61,014 bases of DNA from a virus (Duplodnaviria; Caudoviricetes), in IMG/VR virus record IMGVR_UViG_3300043567_000426, positions 1 to 61,014 of that record; one strand, given 5' to 3'. A program made the position numbers and the translations under genes. The stretch's first letter is position 1, and each line of letters begins with the position of its first letter. Positions 21,659-31,593 of this stretch are shown here, piece by piece. The notes below the pieces were generated by a model. It saw only the letters and a list, made by a program, of their open reading frames with translations, did not search any database and was not told where the DNA came from.

Positions 21659-23355
21659 TGTCTCGCAGACAAAACGGCGGCGTTCTTGGCCCTAATAATA
21701 CGCCAACAACATCTGTTGCATCCGGCGTTTGGTCCTTATTAGCGGCGCAGATTTACACAAGCCAAGGCATTTGGCCTGTTCGAAGAACCATTGTTCAGAC
21801 ATTTACTGCTACGCAAAATTGGACGGCACCTACAGGTGTAACAAGCGTCGATTATCTTGTTGTTGCTGGCGGCGGTGGGGGCGGGTATGAAACTGGCGGT
21901 GGTGGTGGCGGCGGGGGTTTTTTAGCAGGAACAGGGCAAGCTGTTACCGCAGGCGCTTCTTATACAATAACTGTTGGCGCAGCCGGATCGGCAGGAATAT
22001 CCGGATCAGCAACAGGTGGAACAGGCGGCACTTCTTCTATTGCTTTAACCGCATCTCCTTTTACCACGTTAGTATCATCTACTGGTGGTGGGGGTGGAGG
22101 CGGGCAGGCAGGAAATGGCGCGACAGGCGGAGCAGGCGGCGGCGCTAGTCGCGGAGGGACAAAAGGAACAGGAACGTCTGGTCAAGGCGCTGATGGTGGA
22201 AATGGCGGACCTTCATCTGGCGCTGATGTTGCCACTGGTGGCGGTGGTGGGGGTGGGGCCTCTACCAATATTGCGCCCTATCAAGGGGCTAACGGAACAA
22301 GCGGTGTCGGCGGGAATGGTGGTAGCGGAACTGCGTATTCTGGCACATTTTATGCTGGCGGCGGTGGCGGCAGCATCTACTCTGTGCTTAACACTGGAAC
22401 TGTAGGTTCTGGCGGTGCTGGTGGTGGTGGCAATGCAAATCAAGCGGCCGCAGGCTCAAATGGGTCTACTAATTTAGGCGGCGGCGGTGGTGGTGGTGCG
22501 CTTACTAACTCCACTACATACAATGGCGGCGCAGGCGGTTCCGGTATTGTTATTTTATCTTATGTTCAATTTGGCCCGAATGTTCTTGTTTTTAATTCTT
22601 CTGGATCTTTTGTTGTTCCTACTGGCGTATCAACAATTGATTATCTTGTTGTTGCTGGCGGCGGAGGTGGTGGCCAGCTTGGTGGCGGTGGCGGCGCTGG
22701 TGGTTTTATTACTGCATCATCCCAAAGCGTTACTGCTGGCACATCTTATACAGTTACTGTTGGTGCGGGTGGCGCTGGATCAGCTTCTGCTACTTACGCT
22801 ACTACAGGAAGCCCCGGCGGCAATTCGTCATTTGGTCCTTCAGTTACAGCAACGGGGGGCGGTGGCGCTGGAACATACGGCACCTCTTATTTGAGCGGAT
22901 TAAGTGGCGGTTCTGGTGGTGGGGCTGCTCGCCGCGATGCTTCCCCATTGGCAGCTGGAAGTGCTGGGCCTGGAACACCGGGGCAAGGCAATAATGGCGG
23001 CGGCGCTACTGCATCTTCTGGTTATTATGGCGGTGCTGGCGGCGGCGGCGCAGGCGGCGTCGGCGCAAGCATTTCTGGTGCTAATAATAATGGAGGCAAT
23101 GGTGGCGCTGGGTTACCTTCTTCAATAAGTGGAATTACTCCTTCACCATCGTATGCTGGAGGGGGGGGCGGCGCAGCAGGAAGCCCAGGAACTGGAGGAA
23201 CAGCATCTTCTGGCGGTGGCGCTGGTGTCACTAATGCTTCTGGAAACGGGACTGCCGGAACGCCAAATACTGGCGGCGGTGGCGGCGGTTGCGGAAATTA
23301 TCCCAATGTTGGCGGCAACGGCGGCTCAGGCATAGTCATCATCAAGTTCAACTAA
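21658..23355 (+). CDS. Glycine-rich fibre/receptor-binding protein, paralog 3
   Basis: SGVWSL N-terminal motif; two Gly-rich domains; GGSGIVIIKFN end. Confidence 0.7.
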   Translation: MSRRQNGGVLGPNNTPTTSVASGVWSLLAAQIYTSQGIWPVRRTIVQTFTATQNWTAPTGVTSVDYLVVAGGGGGGYETGGGGGGGGFLAGTGQAVTAGASYTITVGAAGSAGISGSATGGTGGTSSIALTASPFTTLVSSTGGGGGGGQAGNGATGGAGGGASRGGTKGTGTSGQGADGGNGGPSSGADVATGGGGGGGASTNIAPYQGANGTSGVGGNGGSGTAYSGTFYAGGGGGSIYSVLNTGTVGSGGAGGGGNANQAAAGSNGSTNLGGGGGGGALTNSTTYNGGAGGSGIVILSYVQFGPNVLVFNSSGSFVVPTGVSTIDYLVVAGGGGGGQLGGGGGAGGFITASSQSVTAGTSYTVTVGAGGAGSASATYATTGSPGGNSSFGPSVTATGGGGAGTYGTSYLSGLSGGSGGGAARRDASPLAAGSAGPGTPGQGNNGGGATASSGYYGGAGGGGAGGVGASISGANNNGGNGGAGLPSSISGITPSPSYAGGGGGAAGSPGTGGTASSGGGAGVTNASGNGTAGTPNTGGGGGGCGNYPNVGGNGGSGIVIIKFN

Positions 23356-23382
23356 TATCAGCATTCTCAGAAGGGGGAGAAT

Positions 23383-25116
23383 GTGCTTCCAATCGTCACT
23401 TGCACAGTGGACGGCAAATGCTTGCCCGTATTACAGGCGAGCATCAAAGCATATGCGCCTGATGTCCCGCATCTAATCTACAGCCCAAAGAAAGAGACAT
23501 CCGCCAAATCATACGACGTCGCGCTAAAAATAGCCTTTCAAGAATATGATGAAGTAATTGTCTGCGCTGATGATCTGGTTTTAACGCCTGATAGTTATCG
23601 CTTGATATGCGAAGACATCGACAATCTAAAAGCAATACACGGCGACAAGCTTGGCATAGTTGCGGCTCATACTGACTTCACGCGCTACACGCAAAATATA
23701 CGCTATCAGCAATCGCCATCAGACAAGCTAGAATACGGCAAATGGTCTTGGGAGCATGAGTGCAGACCAATAAAGCGTCTCAGCCCAATATTCCATTATA
23801 TGTCTAAAACAGCTTATGAAGCATGCCAGATTGCGCCAATTGAATGGTATAGCGACGACGTTTGGTGTGAAGATTTAAATGCCCTTGGCTATCATCATTA
23901 CATATCGCGATCATATGTGCATCACGCTGGCTCACAGACATTAGGGCAAAACACGCAAAAGCTGCATGACGAAGCCATGCCGTGGTTGATAAAAAATCGC
24001 CCACAATATTTGGATCTATTTTTTGGAGAAGGGGCCAGAAAAAAGATGGAAAATAAATTAAAAATCGCCGTCTATACGATAACAAAAAACGAAGAGCAAT
24101 TTATTGAGCGTTGGGCGCAATCAGCCAAAGACGCAGACTTGCTCCTCATTGCCGATACTGGATCAACGGATGACACAGTCAAAATTGCAAAAGAAAATGG
24201 AGTAACCGTTCATGAGATCTGCGTTACGCCTTGGCGCTTCGATCATGCGCGTAATGCCTCTCTTGCTCTTATTCCTCGCGATATGGACGTCTGCATTTGT
24301 CTTGACGCGGATGAGGTTATGGAACCCGGCTGGCGGGAGGAAATAGAGCGCGTTTGGACGCCTGAGACGACGCACTTACGCTACAAGTTTGATTGGAGCT
24401 TGGGGATCATTTTCTACTCAGAAAAGATCCACGCGCGGCATGGTTATTACTGGCATCATCCCTGCCACGAACACATCCGCGCAGACCTGCGAATCACTGA
24501 AGTGTGGGCGCACACTGACTTTTTGCTCATAACGCATCATCCTGACCCTACAAAAAGCAGGGGTCATTATATGGAAACGCTGGAGCTATCGGTCAAAGAA
24601 GACCCACACTGCCCACGAAACGCCTTCTATTATGCGCGTGAGCTCTATTTCTATAACCGCTATGAAGAGGCGATTGAGGCGCTTAACCGTTATCTGAAAA
24701 TGCCAGAAGCGACTTGGGTCAACGATCGATGCTACGCCATGCGCGTTATGGGTCAATGCTATGCGGCGCTTGGAGATCAAGCCGCAGCTGAAGGCTGGTA
24801 TCACAAGGCGGCGGCTGAAGCGCCACACACGCGCGAACCTTGGGTGGCGTTGACTAAATTATATTATGAACAGAACAAATGGGCTGAAAGTTATGGGGCC
24901 GCGATGCGCGCCCTATCTATCAAAAATAAAGAATTAGTTTATACTACCGACCCATCTTCTTGGGGGGCGCTCCCGCACGATCACGCCGCAATTGCCGCGT
25001 ATCGTCTTGGGCTGAAGGAAGCGGCGATAGAACAGGGCAGGCTCGCCTGTGAGCTTGATCCAGACGACAAGCGACTACAGGAAAACCTCCTGTGGTATAC
25101 GGGCGAGAAAGAATAA
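23383..25116 (+). CDS. Double GT-A (GT2-like) glycosyltransferase with TPR-like C-terminus
   Basis: N-terminal domain with ADD and YV.HAGS; second domain with I.KNEE, DTGSTD, FD.ARN, LDADE; TPR-like helices. Confidence 0.8.
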   Translation: MLPIVTCTVDGKCLPVLQASIKAYAPDVPHLIYSPKKETSAKSYDVALKIAFQEYDEVIVCADDLVLTPDSYRLICEDIDNLKAIHGDKLGIVAAHTDFTRYTQNIRYQQSPSDKLEYGKWSWEHECRPIKRLSPIFHYMSKTAYEACQIAPIEWYSDDVWCEDLNALGYHHYISRSYVHHAGSQTLGQNTQKLHDEAMPWLIKNRPQYLDLFFGEGARKKMENKLKIAVYTITKNEEQFIERWAQSAKDADLLLIADTGSTDDTVKIAKENGVTVHEICVTPWRFDHARNASLALIPRDMDVCICLDADEVMEPGWREEIERVWTPETTHLRYKFDWSLGIIFYSEKIHARHGYYWHHPCHEHIRADLRITEVWAHTDFLLITHHPDPTKSRGHYMETLELSVKEDPHCPRNAFYYARELYFYNRYEEAIEALNRYLKMPEATWVNDRCYAMRVMGQCYAALGDQAAAEGWYHKAAAEAPHTREPWVALTKLYYEQNKWAESYGAAMRALSIKNKELVYTTDPSSWGALPHDHAAIAAYRLGLKEAAIEQGRLACELDPDDKRLQENLLWYTGEKE

Positions 25117-25349
25117 TGGATTTCCAAACTCTCTTGAACTTTGGCGTTGGTGCGGCGGTAGCCGTTTTTGGTTGGTTTGCGAGGGAGCTTTGGGTCGCTG
25201 TCAAAGAGCTTAAAGAAGACATCCATAAAATAGAAGTTGAACTCCCAAGCCATTATTTAAGAAAAGACGAATTTGCCGAAGCCATGAAAGAAGTGAAAGA
25301 CATGCTTGGCAAGATATTTGATAAGTTAGACGATAAGGCCGACAAATGA
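25116..25349 (+). CDS. Small membrane protein (holin/antiholin-like)
   Basis: One N-terminal TM segment plus coiled coil, directly before the endolysin. Confidence 0.55.
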   Translation: MDFQTLLNFGVGAAVAVFGWFARELWVAVKELKEDIHKIEVELPSHYLRKDEFAEAMKEVKDMLGKIFDKLDDKADK

Positions 25350-25849
25350 AGGAAAATTATCCGCAAGCTCTTAAACAAGTATTGAAATACGAAGGCGGCT
25401 ACGTTGATCACCCCAAAGATCCGGGCGGCCCGACGAATAAGGGCATTACGCAAGCGGTCTATGATGCTTGGCAAAAGAAAAACGGTCTCCCAACCCAAAG
25501 CGTTCGCAACATCAGCGACGCAGCTGTGGCAGCAATTTATAAACAGCAATACTGGGATGCTATTTCTGGAGATGATTTGCCCTCTGGCGTTGATTTTGCT
25601 GTGTTCGATTTTGCAGTAAACAGCGGCGTATCAAGAGCGGCTAAATATCTGCAAGCAGTTGTTGGCGTCACGCAAGACGGCCAGATAGGGCCTCAGACGA
25701 TACAGGCCACCAAGACCTACGTCGCAATGGCTGTGACCAATAAGCGACTGGCGTTTATGCAATCGTTATCTATTTGGTCTACGTTTGGCAAAGGCTGGTC
25801 CGCAAGAATAGCTGATGTAAAGAATCAAATTTTGGCTTTGACTAAGTAG
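25346..25849 (+). CDS. Endolysin, glycoside hydrolase family 108 with PG-binding C-terminus
   Basis: EGGY.DHP.DPGG.TN.GIT, FD.AVNSG, DG.IGP.T, FGKGW..R. Confidence 0.9.
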   Translation: MKENYPQALKQVLKYEGGYVDHPKDPGGPTNKGITQAVYDAWQKKNGLPTQSVRNISDAAVAAIYKQQYWDAISGDDLPSGVDFAVFDFAVNSGVSRAAKYLQAVVGVTQDGQIGPQTIQATKTYVAMAVTNKRLAFMQSLSIWSTFGKGWSARIADVKNQILALTK

Positions 25850-25858
25850 GAGAGACTA

Positions 25859-26029
25859 ATGAGCGGTATTTTTAGAAATCTTCTTACGACTATCCCTGGC
25901 ATTTTTGCACTGATCACGGTCGGCATTCAAGCCTGGCAAACTAAAACGATTGATTGGCCAACTCTTCAGAATGCGCTGATCGGCGTTGGTCTTGTTTTCG
26001 CCAAAGACTTTAACGTAGTCGGTAAATGA
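25859..26029 (+). CDS. 56-aa two-TM protein, probable holin (below ORF-track cut-off)
   Basis: AGGAG RBS; MSGIFRNLLTTIPGIFALITVGIQAWQTKTIDWPTLQNALIGVGLVFAKDFNVVGK. Confidence 0.6.
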   Translation: MSGIFRNLLTTIPGIFALITVGIQAWQTKTIDWPTLQNALIGVGLVFAKDFNVVGK

Positions 26030-26265
26030 TCTACGCCATCCTGACAATTATTGGCAGCCTATTTGCGGCTGCCGGTAAGATGTTTGATTGGCTTTATGCC
26101 AAGAACCTTGTTGATGCGGGTAAAACGCAGCAACAGGTGGCAGACCTAAAGGCACAGATAGATGCGGCACATAAAGCCCTTGAAGCCCGTCTGGCTGTTG
26201 AGCGCGAGCGCCAGCTTAATCCTGGCGGGGTGCATGACGACGATGGATTCAAACGCCCCGATTAA
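26026..26265 (+). CDS. i-spanin (Rz-like)
   Basis: N-terminal TM plus coiled coil; overlapped by a lipoprotein ORF. Confidence 0.6.
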   Translation: MIYAILTIIGSLFAAAGKMFDWLYAKNLVDAGKTQQQVADLKAQIDAAHKALEARLAVERERQLNPGGVHDDDGFKRPD

Positions 26266-26395
26266 TCAGCAAGCTACCTTTTGTGCGACAGCTAAACCCA
26301 TTTACTGGAGCGATAAGGACAGCGACGGGACGATCTGGGAAGCCAAAGAGCATAACCGGGTCGGAAAAGAGCTTTGCGGCTGGGGCAAGAAGTAG
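26162..26395 (+). CDS. o-spanin (Rz1-like lipoprotein)
   Basis: Lipobox LILAG-C; further Cys residues; out-of-frame overlap with the i-spanin. Start uncertain. Confidence 0.6.
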   Translation: MRHIKPLKPVWLLSASASLILAGCMTTMDSNAPINQQATFCATAKPIYWSDKDSDGTIWEAKEHNRVGKELCGWGKK

Positions 26396-26445
26396 CCATT
26401 AGGGCGCTTATTATGGTAAACTCGCCCTAACTAGCGGGGTTTTAG

Positions 26446-27186
26446 ATGACTACGGGTCTGAGTTACGCCGGGACAGTTGCTGGCACAACAAGCTATATAA
26501 CTCAAATTGCGACTATGGCCGTTGTTGAGGAGTCGGATACTGCCTTTTTGGCGATTCTCCCTCAAATGATTACCTACGCTGAAAACCGCATTTATCGTGA
26601 CGTTGATTTCCTTTTTACCTCAATATCCAACTCAAACTATACTGTCCCGGTTAATACGCGAACAATAACAGTCCCCAGCGGGACTTTTGTCGTTCCAGAG
26701 CAAATTAACCTTCTAACGCCAGCTGGCTCGACAGACCCAGAAACGAGCACCAGAGTCCCGCTTTTACCGACAACAAAAGAGTTTCTAGACGCCGTTTATG
26801 GCGCCTCGCAGTTGATTGGGCAGCCTAAATATTTCTGCCCTTTTGATGATTATACTTTCCTTGTTGGCCCTTACGCCAACGCGACATACACAGTAGAGAT
26901 TGTTGGCACTTATCGGCCGCCAAGCTTATCTTCTACTAATACAACTACGTTTATCAGCCTTTACTTGCCTGATCTCTTTATCATGGCAAGCATGATCTAT
27001 ATTGCAGCTTATCAGCGTAATTTCTCCAGCGCGCTTGGCAATGATCCTCAAATGCCGATTACTTATGAGACACAATATCAGGCTCTCTTGAAGAGCGCGA
27101 TGTCCGAAGAAAATCGCAAGAAGTTCGAGGGCGCCGCGTGGAGTTCACAGTCTATCTCCACCACTGCAACGCCTACGAGAGGCTAA
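26446..27186 (+). CDS. Tail adaptor protein
   Basis: I.YAE.RIYR, G.PKY, TTT.IS...PDL...A.M motifs; precedes the nozzle. Confidence 0.6.
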   Translation: MTTGLSYAGTVAGTTSYITQIATMAVVEESDTAFLAILPQMITYAENRIYRDVDFLFTSISNSNYTVPVNTRTITVPSGTFVVPEQINLLTPAGSTDPETSTRVPLLPTTKEFLDAVYGASQLIGQPKYFCPFDDYTFLVGPYANATYTVEIVGTYRPPSLSSTNTTTFISLYLPDLFIMASMIYIAAYQRNFSSALGNDPQMPITYETQYQALLKSAMSEENRKKFEGAAWSSQSISTTATPTRG

Positions 27187-27189
27187 TAA

Positions 27190-29922
27190 ATGCCTCACGC
27201 TACACTCAAATTACAGCCTGGCGTCGATCAAAACAGGACGCTTACTCTTAACGAGGCGGCAATATCAGAGACGCAGCTTGTTAGGTTTGTTCCTGACAGA
27301 CAGGGCCTTGGCCTCGTTCAGAAGCTTGGCGGCTGGACAAGATATTTCCCGTCAAATGTTGGCTCACGCGTTCGCTGCTTATGGGCGTGGCAAGATACAA
27401 ACGCCAATCAATATCTTGGTCTTGGAAGCGAAAATAGAGTTGTTGCGACAACTGGAGCCACTGGCGACGGAACAACTGCAACGCTGACATTTGATGGAAC
27501 CGCCGCTTTCTCCGCTGGCGAAACGATTTATGTTTCTGGCGTTACGCCAACTGTTTATAACGGCACTTTTACAGTTACATCCGCAACCGCAACGACAGTT
27601 AGCTATGCCAGCACTGCAACCGGCGCGCAGGAAATTGCTGGAACGATTGCTGCCGGCGATGCTCTTTCTGTCATTTCTGATGGCGCTCGTGAAATCATTA
27701 CGCCAAGAACGACTGAGTTTAATACAACGCCTATCTTTGATACAACCCTTGGAAGCAATCAGGTAAGAGTTACGATAAGCAATTCTTATGTAGATAGCTA
27801 TGATAGCGCGTATATTAAAACGCAAGTTTCTGTTGGCGGGTTAGTTTTCTTTGGACTTTATCCAACAACATATATTGATGGATTAGATTATTTTTATATT
27901 TATGCCGTTGATTCTTTGGGACAGCCTGTTCTTGCAACATCTACTGTTACTAGCGGCGGCTCTGTTCCTTCTTTTGAATTTTTTGATACTCAGGCTTATT
28001 CCGATGTCACTTTGGCAAATCACGGATATGCTGTTGGAGATACATTCCCAGTTTTAGTTCCGTTACGCGCCGGTTCTATCACCATATACGGCAACTATAT
28101 TGTATCTGAAGTAGAGTCATCTAGCGTCTTCAGAATCCCTCTTGGCACATCTGCGACAACAGCTAATGTCTCTAGCGCATCTTGGAGCGGTGGAACGGCA
28201 AGTGTTATTTATGAGGGAAATTATAATTTCAATGTAGGCGATTACGTCGTTGTCGATGCTATAAATCCAGTTGGCTACAATACGGTATCAACAGGCGTTG
28301 CCGTAACATCTGCCGGTAATCCAGTTAATATTACTGCCGCGTCATGGGCGGCTGGCACGGCGACTTTAACATATACTGGCGATCGCGCCTTCACAGTTGG
28401 CGAAACGATAATAGTAGTCGGCATAAATCCTGTTGCTTATGACGGGACATATACTGTAACGGCTGAAACGGCATCAACTGTATCATTTGCGATTGCGTCA
28501 AATCCTGGGGCATATGTTGAAGGCGGTCAGATTAGGGGCCGTGTTTCTTATGCAGTTGCATCTAATCCAGGCGCATATGTTTCTGGCGGAACGGTCTTTA
28601 ACTATATTGCGCAGCTGAATGGCGGATTAGCTCAAATCGTCATTTACAATACGCCGGGGCCGTTGCCAGAAGGCACAGGATACGGCGTTGGCGGTTATGG
28701 CGAAGGCGGGTATGGTTCTGGCGTTGAGCCGCCATTTGGCTTTCAAGGCAACCCTATAACAACCACAGATTGGTCGCTTGATAACTGGGGCGAGATATTT
28801 GTTTCTTGCCCAGTAAATGATGGAATTTATACATGGCAGCCTGTAACGGGCGCAACGCGCGCATCTATTATTCCAGAGGCGCCGCCAGTAAATGACGGCA
28901 TGTTCGTCGCCATGCCTCAGAGGCAAATCATTGCATGGGGCTCAACATTTACCGGCATTCAAGATCAACTACTGATCCGCTGGTGCGATGTTAATGATTA
29001 TAATTCTTGGACAGCGCAAATAACGAATCAAGCTGGCTCTTATCGTCTGCCAAAGGGGTCAAGAATTGTCGGATGCATACAAGGCCCGCAACAAGGTCTT
29101 GTATGGACTGATCTTGGCGTATGGGCGATGCAATATGTTGGCCCTCCTTATGTTTATCAGTTCAACGAGATTGGTAATGGTTGCGGCATGATTGCCAGAA
29201 AAGCTGCCGCATCAATGAACGGTATTGTTTATTGGATGGGGCAGTCTCAATTCTTCCGTCTTGGCGGCTCCGGCGTTGAGACAATACGATGCCCAATATG
29301 GGACGTTATTTTCCAAGATTTGGACACTGATAACTTAGATCGAATTCGCGTTGCGCCAAATTCTCGCTTTAATGAGATCTCTTGGTATTACCCAACCCAG
29401 AGCAATGGCGGCGAGGTCAATGCTTACGTTAAATATAATATTGGCCTTGATCAGTGGGATTTTGGAACGCTATCAAGAACAGCGTGGATTAATCAGTCTG
29501 TTCTTGGGCCGCCTATTGGAGCAGGAACAACTGTTCCTGCCGACGAAGAGAATTTAATCTTTCAGCATGAGACATCAACAAATGCTGATGGAGAGCCGAT
29601 GATCTCCAGTTTCCAAACTGGCTACTTCGCCATGACAGATGGCGAATATAAAGTTTTTGTTGACCAAGTCTGGCCAGACATGAAATGGGGATATTACGGC
29701 GGATTACAGGACGCCGATCTCAATCTGACATTTTATGTTGCAGATTATCCTGGGGAAACAGCGACAGTCTTTGGCCCATATGCTCTAAACAGCACTACAA
29801 AATTCGTAACGCCGAGATTTCGTGGTCGCTTAATGTCGATCAAGATGGAAAGCTCAGACGCTGGATCTTTCTGGCGTATTGGCGGCACAAGATATCGCAT
29901 TCAACAGGATGGTAAATTCTAA
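27190..29922 (+). CDS. Tail nozzle / packaged-DNA stabilisation protein (beta-propeller type) with inserted beta domains
   Basis: 910 aa; QKLGGW, WSLDNWGE, IRWCD, YVGPPY, VYWMG, R.RGR motifs. Confidence 0.7.
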   Translation: MPHATLKLQPGVDQNRTLTLNEAAISETQLVRFVPDRQGLGLVQKLGGWTRYFPSNVGSRVRCLWAWQDTNANQYLGLGSENRVVATTGATGDGTTATLTFDGTAAFSAGETIYVSGVTPTVYNGTFTVTSATATTVSYASTATGAQEIAGTIAAGDALSVISDGAREIITPRTTEFNTTPIFDTTLGSNQVRVTISNSYVDSYDSAYIKTQVSVGGLVFFGLYPTTYIDGLDYFYIYAVDSLGQPVLATSTVTSGGSVPSFEFFDTQAYSDVTLANHGYAVGDTFPVLVPLRAGSITIYGNYIVSEVESSSVFRIPLGTSATTANVSSASWSGGTASVIYEGNYNFNVGDYVVVDAINPVGYNTVSTGVAVTSAGNPVNITAASWAAGTATLTYTGDRAFTVGETIIVVGINPVAYDGTYTVTAETASTVSFAIASNPGAYVEGGQIRGRVSYAVASNPGAYVSGGTVFNYIAQLNGGLAQIVIYNTPGPLPEGTGYGVGGYGEGGYGSGVEPPFGFQGNPITTTDWSLDNWGEIFVSCPVNDGIYTWQPVTGATRASIIPEAPPVNDGMFVAMPQRQIIAWGSTFTGIQDQLLIRWCDVNDYNSWTAQITNQAGSYRLPKGSRIVGCIQGPQQGLVWTDLGVWAMQYVGPPYVYQFNEIGNGCGMIARKAAASMNGIVYWMGQSQFFRLGGSGVETIRCPIWDVIFQDLDTDNLDRIRVAPNSRFNEISWYYPTQSNGGEVNAYVKYNIGLDQWDFGTLSRTAWINQSVLGPPIGAGTTVPADEENLIFQHETSTNADGEPMISSFQTGYFAMTDGEYKVFVDQVWPDMKWGYYGGLQDADLNLTFYVADYPGETATVFGPYALNSTTKFVTPRFRGRLMSIKMESSDAGSFWRIGGTRYRIQQDGKF

Positions 29923-30518
29923 TGGCTACCTTAGACGATATCCTGACAACGCAGAAAAATGGCGTTGTTGCGCTCAATAATATATCGCAAGAGTTAAAGC
30001 TAATTGAAAATAGATACATCCTCGTAACTGGCGAATTAAGATCAACAACTGTTACGTCAAGAACAGAAATTGCCGTTGGTTCTGGTCGCCTTGTATCTGT
30101 GAATATTATTGTCGCTGGCTCTGCTGCTGGATTTATTTATGATTCTAGAATACCTATCATTACAACGGCGACAAATGATGGAACAACATCCACAGTTACA
30201 TATGTTGGCGCATATGACGTTTCAGTTGGCGATACTGTAATTATTACTGGCAATAGCGTAAGCGCATATAATTCAACATTTACTGTTTCCGCAATTGGCA
30301 CAGGCGCTATACCAAATTCTTATACGATTCAATTTGCTTTGACCCCTGATCCAGGCGACGGCGTTGGAGGCTTATTATTTGATCAAAAAGCCGCAAATAG
30401 AATTGTTTCTATTCCTACATCTATTTCAGTCGTTCAAGTTGGAGCTCCATTTACAACTGGATTGGTTGTAGAACCTGGAACAGGACAATCTCTTAATGTC
30501 GTTTACTCATTAGACTGA
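29922..30518 (+). CDS. Tail-associated hypothetical protein
   Basis: Coupled to the nozzle stop; beta-rich. Confidence 0.5.
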   Translation: MATLDDILTTQKNGVVALNNISQELKLIENRYILVTGELRSTTVTSRTEIAVGSGRLVSVNIIVAGSAAGFIYDSRIPIITTATNDGTTSTVTYVGAYDVSVGDTVIITGNSVSAYNSTFTVSAIGTGAIPNSYTIQFALTPDPGDGVGGLLFDQKAANRIVSIPTSISVVQVGAPFTTGLVVEPGTGQSLNVVYSLD

Positions 30519-30525
30519 GGATAAG

Positions 30526-31062
30526 ATGCCGCTCAAAGAAGGCAAAAGCCAAAAAACAATTTCTGCAAATATTGCAGAGATGATCCGCTCTGGCCATAAG
30601 CAGGATCAAGCTATTGCTGCGGCATTAAGCACTGCGCGCAAATCCCGTGCTGAAGGCGGGGAGATGCAATCAGACCTTCCAGACGCTCCAGACAAGGATA
30701 AGATCCATGTTGGTCCTATACATAGCACTGTCGCTGGCCGCACTGATCACTTGCCAATTAACGTTCCTTCGGGTGCTTACGTTATACCAGCCGATATCAT
30801 ATCAGGCATGGGCGAAGGAAACACGATGAATGGCTTTAAGAACGCCAACCGCATGTGGGGTGAGCAACGCCTTTATGGCGATGAGATACCAACCCCAATT
30901 GTTGCGGCTGGCGGCGAATATGTCATTGACCCGCATAGCGTAGAAGAAGTTGGCGGGGGAGACGTAGACGTAGGTCATGCTGAACTGGATAAGTTTGTAA
31001 AGCAGTTTCGGGCAGACTTGATCAAAACATTGAAAGAGTTGCCTGGACCAAAACGCGATTAA
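30526..31062 (+). CDS. Probable internal virion protein
   Basis: MPLK.GKS...QA.A.ALS.A N-terminus, RAEGG, GRTD.LP......YVIPAD..S..GEG domain. Confidence 0.55.
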   Translation: MPLKEGKSQKTISANIAEMIRSGHKQDQAIAAALSTARKSRAEGGEMQSDLPDAPDKDKIHVGPIHSTVAGRTDHLPINVPSGAYVIPADIISGMGEGNTMNGFKNANRMWGEQRLYGDEIPTPIVAAGGEYVIDPHSVEEVGGGDVDVGHAELDKFVKQFRADLIKTLKELPGPKRD

Positions 31063-31072
31063 AGGGGTCGCT

Positions 31073-31579
31073 ATGCCAAGAAAAGAGATTGAGGACGTAA
31101 AAGTCAGGGTTGGAACGCCAGAAGATATAGAAGGCGTTATGAATCTGGCGATGATGGTTTGCAGAGAAAACGGGGTGTTTGAGCCAAATGTCGATAAGAT
31201 ATTTGCCGATATCTGGCCTTCTCTGCATCAGGATTTTGGCCTCATTGGCGTTATTGGCGCCCCAGGTGAGCCATTAGAGGGTTTCGTTTTGCTCCGCGTG
31301 GGAACCATGTGGTATAGTGATGCTGGGATAATCGAAGAAAAAACAGTTTTTGTGCATCCAGATTTAAGAGGCGCAGCTGGCGGCAGAGCGCGTAAGCTCT
31401 GTGAGTTCAGCAAAAAGGTTTCTGATGAACTTAACTTGCCGCTTATTATTGGCGTTTTGTCTAATAATCGGACGCGAAGTAAAGTAAGAATGTATGAACG
31501 GGTATTTGGCGAGCCGGCTGGAGCCTTTTTCTTATATGGGGCAAAAACCGGAAACTGGGTGCAGCAAGCTGCCGAATAG
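31073..31579 (+). CDS. GNAT-like acetyltransferase-fold protein
   Basis: FVHPDLRG...ARKL motif A-like; position upstream of the ejection proteins. Confidence 0.55.
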   Translation: MPRKEIEDVKVRVGTPEDIEGVMNLAMMVCRENGVFEPNVDKIFADIWPSLHQDFGLIGVIGAPGEPLEGFVLLRVGTMWYSDAGIIEEKTVFVHPDLRGAAGGRARKLCEFSKKVSDELNLPLIIGVLSNNRTRSKVRMYERVFGEPAGAFFLYGAKTGNWVQQAAE

Positions 31580-31593
31580 TTTGGAGAATGTGA

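Noticed and set aside
15603-23355. Diversity-generating retroelement acting on fibre paralogs
   Set aside because: No reverse transcriptase and no adenine-specific template/variable repeat pair seen.
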